From Eledone cirrhosa (taxonomy: Eukaryota), in NCBI GenBank assembly GCA_964016885.1, contig OZ024743.1, positions 253,208,001-253,272,000 of the forward strand: DNA of 64,000 nt. The letters are read 5' to 3'. Made by a program: the position numbers and the translations under genes. A model generated the notes under the pieces. It saw nothing but the letters and a program-made list of their open reading frames with translations. It was not told the DNA's origin and searched no databases. Below are positions 54,754-64,000 of the stretch, one piece after another. Every line of letters starts with the position of its first letter. The first letter of the stretch is position 1.

Positions 54754-55463
54754 CATTATGAAATACATAACACAGAGCTATAACCATCATCATCATAATC
54801 ATCATCAAACAAATATATTAAATACCATCATCATGATATACACACACAAGCAGCTCTTATCATCATGTTATACACATACAGATAGCTCTCATCATCATGG
54901 TATACATACACAAACAACTCTCAGCATCTTGCTCAAAATATACACACACAAATGGTTGTAATACCATTCATTTCACATTTATTTCTATCTGTTTGCATTC
55001 AACGGAAATTACCATTCCCCATATTTCACATGATAGGTAGGCGGGCTGTGAACATTTTCCATTTGCAAATTTTCCAACGACACTGATGAAGCTATCTGTT
55101 ATAATGGGTCAATTAAGTACTGGTTGGATTATATTAGCTGTGTTCATAGCCATGAAAGATATCAAATTATGTGAATGAGTTCATTTGATGTAATAAACAT
55201 ACACACGCACCGAAACAATGCAAACTAAATGAAGCAAATTATAGTCTCTTGTGTTTATATTGGGTTTACTATTTAGTAAATGTCCAATTTCTTCAGCTAG
55301 TATATCTCGTTGTAATTATTTTGATTATAACTATAAAATATATAGAATAGATGAAGTAATGGACTGTCAGAATAACAGTTGAAGAGTTGGAGGTTCATTT
55401 CTTGTTACTGATCTCTCACCTTCAAAAGATAATGAATTTAATGTTGTTATGAATCCCAATGGT

Positions 55464-55933
55464 TTAATCCTTTTGATACCAACCCACCTGAAACCATCCT
55501 GAATTCTGTGATGAAAAAAATTATTCTAAAGTGTTCATATTTGAATTTAAACATTCCATTATAATTTTATAAAAGAACCATTTCTTAACCTATGTTCTAA
55601 ACACAAACTTAAAAACGAGTGAGTTAGTTATAATGCTAAATCCCCCTCATTCTTTTATCATATAAAATATTAATTGAAAATGATGAGTATCTTTCATTAG
55701 AAATGCTAACAAATGTTTTTAGTTATATTACTAAATTGCTCCAAAATGTTTATTATTTAAAAAATGTTTTGAAAATTATAATGAGTGTCTTTCATATGAA
55801 ATATGTTAACAAATGTGGTATTAGTTATATTATTAATCCTTTCAAAGCTTTTAATTAATTAAAACATGTATTGAAAATTATAATGAGTTTGTCTCATGAG
55901 AAATATTGTAACAAATGTGTTTTAAAAAGGTTA
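55464..55933 (+). mobile_element. TTAA-ended MITE-like element with three internal ~100-bp tandem units
   Basis: Starts ttaatccttttgatacc and ends aaaaaggttaa. Family ends also occur at 56785-56803 (ggtatcaaaagggttaa), 61070-61087 (ggtaacgaaagggttaa) and 63483 (ttaacccttttgat). Confidence 0.55.
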
Positions 55934-57248
55934 AAGTCTGTCTTCAGGCCTTAAGAGACTGGACTTACTAGACTATCTCCCTGGGTGGGACGTCAGTCTG
56001 AAACAACGCTAACTCCTCTAGTTGCTGTTGCTGCCACTCATTTTTGAACAGCTAAATTGACTGTAGCAATGTTGAATGAAGTGCCATTCTCCAGGATGCA
56101 GTGTGCTTTCTGTTCAAGGATTTAACTCACAACCTACACATTTGAGAAGAAATGAACCATCAGTTAAATCTTATACAGTTTTCACTTTGTATTTATACTA
56201 TTAACCATGAAGGATGGAAAGCGAAATTGACCTCAATAAGATTTGAGCACATAATGTAAAGGGATATGCCTAATAACAAACTCAACAAAAGTTGGTATGG
56301 TATACTTATTCTAAACCAAATACACACAAGGATTCACTGTATCTATTCTAAACTATATACACACAGGGATACCTTGTACTTATTTCTGAACCAGTTATAC
56401 ACTTAAATACTTAATCCAGTCTATTCCTAGTTCCAGCATCTATTGCCATCACAAAAGAAATTACCATGATATTTTTAAGGTAACATCCTTGCTTCAGCAC
56501 AAATTCAAGTAGTAGTTACATAACATTTTGAAACCATATTTCTAATGAAATACCCTGTATTTCAATTAATTAATGAAGAATGTTGAGGTATTTATTATGA
56601 TTATTAATTGCTTCATTATTAAGCTTGCCTTGTGCCAAAAGTAGAAACAATTATTAAGATAGTATTTCTAACATAACTTAACATATGATTCTTATATCAA
56701 ATTATGTTGGAATATTTTAATTTAAATAGGAACTCTATAAAACGGGAGGTTTTGTTTCATAAATCCAGAGGCAATTTTCAGCAGTTTGGTATCAAAAGGG
56801 TTAATTGTTAAAATGTGTATGACTTTTGGATTTCAAAATTGTTTCAGTTTTCTTCAAATATCACAGAGATAATGTTTCAAATGATTTTAAACTATGGAAG
56901 AATCACCATTAATGGATGCCAAGAATAATTTAAAAAGACAATGAAGCAGAGGTCCATTTTACACTGACATGATGAAAATGCAGTACTGCTTTATGTTAAG
57001 ACGACACATCAATAGAGAAGGCAATAAAAATGTATGGCACACATCTTGAAAGAACATTAACTCATTTGATCCAAAAGACCCTGAAATTGCCTCTAGTGTT
57101 ATGATACTAAAATGTTTATTTTAAAGTGTTTATATTTGTTTTAAAATCTTCTACTATAATTTTCGTAAGAGCCTTTGTTAATTTATTTTTCAAACACCAA
57201 CATATTGAGAAAGCTAACTATTTTATTAAGTCTCCCCAAAATCCTAGG

Positions 57249-60180
57249 CTTCTTCTTCTTCTCCTTCTTCTTCTTCCTGAGATTTTCATCGGGGCAGAGT
57301 CCTCAAACATTCCTTCCAGTGGGTCCTATCTGAAGCAGGCGTCTCCCACTGATCCGGCTGGAAACCCAAGCGAGACTAGCCAAGGTCATGTATGTTATCC
57401 AACCATCTTGCTCAGAGTCTACCTCTGGATCTCCTGCCTGTTGGTTCCACATGCCCATAGTATCAGGGCTGTGATATCTCAGTTCAGAGAAGTAGCGGCT
57501 CAGTCTGGAGTGACTGTCTGATCTCCGAGATATACAGTGTATCAAGTAACATTATTCCAAAGATTCTTCGGAGGAACCGCATTTCAACTGCTTGTATTTG
57601 CGATCATATTCTGCCAGTCATTACGCAATAGTTAAGGGTTGTCACAAATACCGCATTGTAGATAGTGAGTTTGGCTTTTATGCCTACATCCTTTCTTCTG
57701 ATTACAGAATATGAAATTGGCACATTACTGCACCAGCTCCTGCAATTCTTGCACTTAATTCAGCCTCTTGCTTTCCATCACTCATGAACACAGATACTTG
57801 AACTTCTCCACCTGCTTTAGTGGAACTCCATTCATATGTAGAGTGTACTGTGTAGGCTTCCCTGAGAGGAAGAGCATCTCACTTTTTGCAACATGGATAT
57901 TAAATCCAGCCATGTTACACTTGGCCTCTAACATATCAAGAGCAAGTCGGAGGTCTCCTTCTATCAAGTTAAGTAATACTAAGTCATTTGTAAATTCCAG
58001 CTGACTGGTTTTACACTCGGTAGTTGTGATACAATTTCCAATCCTGCTGTGCATGTCAGTCCTGTTTATGAAAATAATGAACAGAAGAGGTAAAAGTATG
58101 CATCCTTGGTGGAGTCCAACTCCCACATTGAATGGCTCCAATTTAGCACTGTTAATCTGAACACAAATATTTGGGTATTTGTTTAGAGACATCAAGGCAG
58201 CGATAAGTTGATCATTGAGGCCATACTCCTGCAGAACCTTCCACGGCAGGTCCCAAGTAATCCAGTCATACACTGTATTCAGTTCTACAAAACAAGAATA
58301 TACATTTTGGCAATACCCCAAAGACTTGCTTCAGTGTGAATATTTGGTCGGCTCACTACGTCAGAGGCAAAAAGTGTACTGTTCATCAGATAGCTTGGAC
58401 TCAACAATCTTTCTGCATCTCTTTGCCAGACACTTAGCATAGACTTTACTCGGGAGGCTTAGAGATGCAGGGAACAATCACTCTTATCTCCCATTTTGAA
58501 AATTGGGATTATAACTCCCATTTGCCAATGCTTAGGTGCCCTTCTAGAAATCTAGGCCTCCTGGCACACACAAGTCAGCTAGAGAATACCTTACCTATTT
58601 AAGGCTTTTAACATCTCAGGATGAATTTCATCTTCCTCACTGGCCTTGCCACAACTGAGCTCTTTAACTGCTTTGGTGACCTCGGCCTCTGAGAGATTAG
58701 TCACCACTCTGAGATGCACCTTGTGCACATCAGAAAATGCTGTTGTGATTGAGTTTAGCAGATCAGCACAGTTTGTATCCACCTTGTGAGGATGCACCTC
58801 TCTGATGAGAGGAGAACCCCTAATCTATTTTTGATAGGAGGTGTGGAGGAAAACTTCTTACTACAAAGTTGGCAAATGGTCTGCCAGAACACTTTATTTG
58901 CTGATCAGAAGTTGGATTCTAGCTTAACACCAAAGCTCTCACAAGTCTTAATGTAAGGCACCTTTGCTGTCTCTGCTGCAATTGTTCATGCCTACTTGTA
59001 CCAAAGGTACAAAAAGGAGGACTTATTTTCAAGTCAAAATTTGTAGGATGGCATCTTTGGCCTCTTTTCTCGGATGGCATCTTTGACCTCTTGATTGAAC
59101 CAAGAGGTCATCCTGCTCCTCAGCACACTACCAGACGTTTTTGCCTGCAGCTTTTAACAGCTGAAGCAAAAACTCCTGAGCTGGACAGCTGCACTCCATT
59201 TCAACATTCTCAGTTTACTCAGGGAGTTCTCTGAATTTGGATGCAATATTATCTGCATACCTGGTCCTGACTTCCTCATCCACCAATACTTCCCACTTTA
59301 TCCTGTAGTTCACCCTAGACCTGCCAGCCATGTGGGTTTCTTTGGCTTTTGGTCGTCTCAAGTTGCAGATAACTAGATGGTGAGCAGTTGACAGTTCAAC
59401 CCCTCTCTTAACATGAACATGCAGCACAGAATCAAAAAGTTCAGAGACAATGTCAAAATCAATTGTTGATCTCTGTCCCTGATCCGCTTACACCATGTAT
59501 ATTTATGGATGTCTCTGTGTTGGAAGAAGGTGATCATAGTAGGGCGTACTTTGCTATAACACTCTAATAAATCTAATAAGGCCTCACCATTTGTATTTAG
59601 ATCGGCGTTGCCTTTCCTTCCAATCACACTGTTCCTTGTCAGGTGATCAGTGCCAACATGTTTATTGAAGTCTCCCATTAGGCTATATCACTCAGTCGAA
59701 ACTACATCTAATGCTACATTGACTTCATCAAGGAAGGTTCTAAATTCGGACTCCTTGTTTGGTGCATAAACTTGCAACACCCACTGAGACCTATTTTGAA
59801 GCATAAGCTTCAAGTGGCATATCTTCCCTCCTAATCCGGGTCATAACACATTCTGACAAATCCGGGCTTGTGAGTATCCCCACTCCCACCTGTGCAGTCA
59901 GTTCTGGTGCTATACCTGAATAGTAGAATTTCCATCCATCATCCAAATCAACACTATGAGAACTATGGAACTTTGTTGAGGAACCCTGACTATATCTAGC
60001 GAATTTCATCTAGTCTCCCCCACTTGTTCCTGCCCCTTACCTGTAAAGGTTGTGATGTCATAGTTTGCTCCCTTCCAAACCATCTCTGTGGTCTTAGGAT
60101 ACGCAATTTGTGTGCTTCCATCCCATGCCTACCAGGACAGGTCGCAAGCTCGTTGGAATGAAATGGAGACTGCAATATAT
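57249..60180 (-). mobile_element. RTE-clade LINE, near full length, heavily degenerate, (GAA)n tail
   Basis: EN motifs GWKFYYSG..VGVGIL, QVYAPN, MGDFN and HHLVIC; KASEEDEIHPEMLK; RT motifs GVGLHQGCILLPLLF, FTNDLVLL and LKQVEKFKYL. A (CTT)n run lies at 57249-57277. Confidence 0.85.
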
Positions 60181-60205
60181 TTTTTCGAACCAGCGCCTCT
60201 AACTA

Positions 60206-60445
60206 GAATGTGTCCCTTATTAACCCACACAAAGAACAATGCTGTATGGTTCTTTTTCATTCTTCTCATCATACTGCAGTTTCAGTGGTCTTATTCATGT
60301 CAGTCACCAATCTGGTATTTTCTCAAACCTGCGAAGAGGCTGCCTCTAAAATAGCCTACTCGACTGACATGAATAAGACCACTGAGAAGAATGAAAAAGA
60401 ATCATACTGAATTGTTCTTTGTGTGGGTTAATAAGGGACACATTC
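60206..60445. repeat. Inverted repeat (~84-bp arms, 16-bp insertion in left arm)
   Basis: gaatgtgtcccttattaacccacacaaagaacaat..gtggtcttattcatgtcagtc pairs with gactgacatgaataagaccac..attgttctttgtgtgggttaataagggacacattc. Confidence 0.9.
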
Positions 60446-60782
60446 AGGCCTCATCATAGTTACATCACTGGGTTGTGTGAGTTTTCTTGGGAGCTATATA
60501 TGTCATCTATTGCTCAATCTCCCCTAGTAGTTTACTGCTATTGGTCGAGGGTTGCTTATTCATCTGGCAGCTGCTCACTTATATTGAAACTAACCATATC
60601 TGATAGCCTTATCGCTTTCCTTCACCTCTGGCCTGTTCTCTAGCAGAACAGCTCTCCTGAAAATAAACAGTGTCTTTTATTAGAAATATGTAAATGAAAG
60701 TATTTATATTTATCTAAATATCTGTTATCATAATTTTATGTAAGAACCTTTACTTTATATTTCAAACACCAGCTTACTGAAG

Positions 60783-60992
60783 AATTCTAATTCACGCACT
60801 AAGCCAGCAAATTTGGTGGAAGTGCAAAGTTGATTAAATTGACCCCACTACTTAATTGGTAATTTGCCTTATCGACACGGAAGTTTTAAAAGCAAGGTTC
60901 ACCTCTGCAGGATTTGAACTCAGAATGTAAAAAGCCAAAGCAAATACCACAATGGAATCTTATCCAACACTTTATCAATTCTACCAATCCAC
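60783..60992 (-). mobile_element. SINE
   Basis: gttgattaaattgacccc..ttatcgac..ggatttgaactcagaa core. Confidence 0.7.
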
Positions 60993-61597
60993 CATCCTAC
61001 ACCAGCTCTAAGTGAGTGGTATTTATGTGCCTAAATCTCTTCAAATTCTTGATTATTTCATTAGAACTTATGGTAACGAAAGGGTTAAGGAACTACAAAA
61101 AAATATACACAAACAAAATAATCTTAAATTTTATATCTGAAATCATTCTGAATAGCTAAATGAGATCAGAGGAAAATTTAGCAAACACTGCTCTACTCTA
61201 ACTTAAATGATCTCAGTTATAATGTCAGACGTGTGTTCTGACTATACACTATATTCCAGACCATTTTTCTAGTCTTTACAAATAGTCTTTCAGTTCCAAT
61301 TCTTTGTATTTCCTGTCTTTCTTCATTCTCATTTCACATTTGTTCAGTCATGTTAATCTGAATGTCGAAATAAAAGCTTATCTTCAAGGCAAAACTATTT
61401 AAATGAGAAAAATAAAATTCGAATCTTTTACTGAAATGATTATAATTCCCCAGACTTGTTATTTACAAGTAGGCGTCTCTTTCTCAAAACACATGTATTG
61501 TGTGCATGGGCAGTAAGATGAGAGAAAGAGAAGAAGCGTTGAACAAAATAACATGATGTATTTAACCACATCTAGGTATTTTCTATGTGATAAATAG

Positions 61598-61742
61598 CCA
61601 GATTAGTTAGGGCCTCAGATAGAATACTTTGCAGTCTTCTTTCTTCTGACTTTCTGGAGTCTGAGTTCAAATCAGGCTGAGGTTAACTTTGCCTTTCATC
61701 CTTTTTCAATGGATTAATAAAGTATCAGTCCAGTACTTGGGC
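61598..61742 (+). mobile_element. SINE
   Basis: ctgagttcaaatc..gaggttaactttgcctttcatcc core. Confidence 0.7.
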
Positions 61743-62841
61743 TTATGTTTCTCACGCTCACTTTATTTCATTCTTTTTCTGGAAGAAACCAGCTGTGGTC
61801 ATGGGGAATGGGGAGCTGCCAGGTGTAAATTTTGCAAGGCAGCACCCCTTTTTGTGTTATGGGCTCAGTGATCAGTGAAATTCTTTCTGGGTTCACTTTT
61901 TGGTATCAGTGTTTCACGTGTTGACGAAATGAAAAGAAAAAAGAAAACTATAGTTGTCACTCACAATCGAGTATGACTTTGTAGTATGCACCATGCTTAT
62001 GTCAGCAGATGCAGACGCACTCTTGATTTCCCTCCTGTGAATTCGAATTGTTTAGTAATATAATTAACTATGACATTATTAAGATGTTTATTTTGAACCA
62101 GAAGGTTATTGTAAGAACCGGTTCAAATTGAAATATCATACTTTAAAATAAATAGATGTATAAGATAAAACTAGGAGTAGTTTCAATCACGTTCATATCA
62201 GGAAAGGACATATTAAACAATATAGTCATATTTTTTACTTTATTATTTAATGTCTTAAGTTGACAGGGTGGTTACAACTGGAAAGACCGATCTTAATCCT
62301 CCTCAATCAAAATTTACGAATTATAACAACAACAACAACAAAAAGTTTATTGGGATTAAATACAAATGCCTTATGTTTAAGAAGAGGTTTGAGAAATAGG
62401 GATTCATAGTCACCGTGCATATCTAAATGGCAATATTAATATATGAAATGACAGATAGGGATTTGAAATCATGTTTTGAGCTTTAACATGTCTGTACTTT
62501 ACTCTATTCTGTATCGAGGTGAGATAACAGGAACAGTAAATACATATCACACTTTTAGAATGAAAAGACAGGAATGTCAAAGGCTTTTAAGGATTTAACG
62601 CTGAAATTTCCGTTCAAAGAGTTCAAAACTAAATTATATTTCAAAATCTAGTTTGACTTTGTGTTAGGAAGCAATATGCAGAAATGTAATAGAGGAAATA
62701 CTTTGATGTTAGTTTGGCCTGGAAAAATAAGCCGAAGGAAGTAATAAAGATGGCAAGATATTTAATTGCAAATAACTATTTGAATTCAAATTAATTTTAT
62801 TTCAAACTTTATCTCAAACCAAATTTAGATAAAATAAAAAA

Positions 62842-62888
<47 letters not shown>

Positions 62889-63624
62889 TTAATAATAATA
62901 ATAATTCATCTTTGAAATGGTTAAGTAGTTCTTTTTAAAATGAAAGAGTAGAAGCTAAATTGTAAGCAGAGGCAAAGTAATTATTAAGGATTATGAAACA
63001 GTGACATATCACAGGAAAGATAATAACTTGAAATTTCGACAGGAAAAGAATGCATCATCTGAGAACATCAAAGAAGGAACAATATCATATAAAAAAAACC
63101 CAGTAAATTCATGAGGAAGACATGAATAACAACAAAAAACGAGGTATGCAGAACTTTAGTCCTGTTTGTCTTTAGATTCCTCACATGGAATGTTGGAATA
63201 ATTATTACTGCATTCATGTGTGTACATAAAATAATATTGTTAGGTTTTAAAATCCTTCCCCTGCCCAATACTATAAACGAACATCTCTAATACACTTTTC
63301 ATATAAATCCCCATTATATTCCACATGGTGAAAACGAAATTTAAAAGTCAATTTCTTTTTTATTCATTTCGTGGCACTATTATAAACGCTAACTGTTTTA
63401 AACCATAATATAGTGCTGTTTACCATCTTGAGTGAGTCATTAATTCAAATACTGTTGATCACATAGAGGAAATAAACAACTCTTAACCCTTTTGATGCTG
63501 AACTGCCACTGGTTCGATGGTACTAAGCTGTTTATTTTAAAATGATTATATTTATCTAAAACCCTTCCATCATGATTTTATGTAAGAAGATTTGTTAATT
63601 TTTTTTCTTTCAATGGAGATAACA

Positions 63625-64000
63625 AGACATTTATTACATTACCATGTATAGAATATCCAAAGATGATAAAAAGTACATTTGTAAGAAAAAACATGACATT
63701 GAGTGCTTAAATGGGAGGAAAAAGAAGGAAAGGGCTAGGATTGTTAAGCAACAAAAGAAAGAGGGGAAGGGGAGAGTGGCAGACTCTATGTCTAATTCAG
63801 GTGGTATTTTGGCTATGCCCTGCAGACAAAATGGCAAAGACATTGCTATGGAGAAGGACTAGCGATGTCCACTGCAACAGCCACCTCACATGACAAGACT
63901 ACTTCCTAACATGGGATACTGACATTCCAGTTTTATGGAAGAAGTCAGCTGTATGTGGTCCGATGATTCCTGATGTCTTGACAGAAACTGGTGCAAAGAA
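63625..64000 (-). mobile_element. CRE-clade (RLE) LINE 3' end, runs off the window
   Basis: Minus-strand FFAPVSVKTSGIIGPHTADFFHKTG..WLLQWTSLVLLHSNVFAIL resembles the CRE motif FxPxAxETxGxxG..QRxSxAxxRGNA. aataaa follows downstream. Confidence 0.6.

Noticed and set aside
55080-55220. CTGATGA ... CGAAAC as a hammerhead
   Set aside because: I cannot build consistent stems I-III with an NUH triplet. The similar partial motifs near 38838, 39180 and 45116-45163 are also too decayed to call.
55625-55920. CRISPR-like or other repeat-spacer array
   Set aside because: These are whole-unit diverged tandem repeats without unique spacers, in a eukaryotic context with no cas genes.

Overview
Repeat-saturated, AT-rich eukaryotic DNA with no host gene I can support. 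The SINE types and the very dense (TA)n/(CA)n microsatellites resemble octopus/cephalopod genomes; this is inference, not a database result. The window holds five degenerate Tx1/L1-clade LINE copies, four of them touching (TATC)n/(GATA)n repeats and arranged as two head-to-tail pairs. It also holds a near full-length degenerate Neptune-type Penelope-like element (RT + GIY-YIG), a Tc1/mariner (maT/DD37D-like) transposon with TIRs and TA duplication, and RTE, CR1-like, R4/Dong-like and CRE-like LINE fragments. Many tRNA-derived SINEs and a TTAA-ended MITE-like family are scattered throughout. The most striking structure is a set of six long inverted repeats embedded in (TA)n tracts. They are unrelated in sequence but nearly all carry a minimal type I hammerhead ribozyme motif (CUGANGA...GAAAC...GUH), and about 11 hammerhead-like loci are visible in the window. 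Most ORFs in the track are microsatellite or antisense artefacts.
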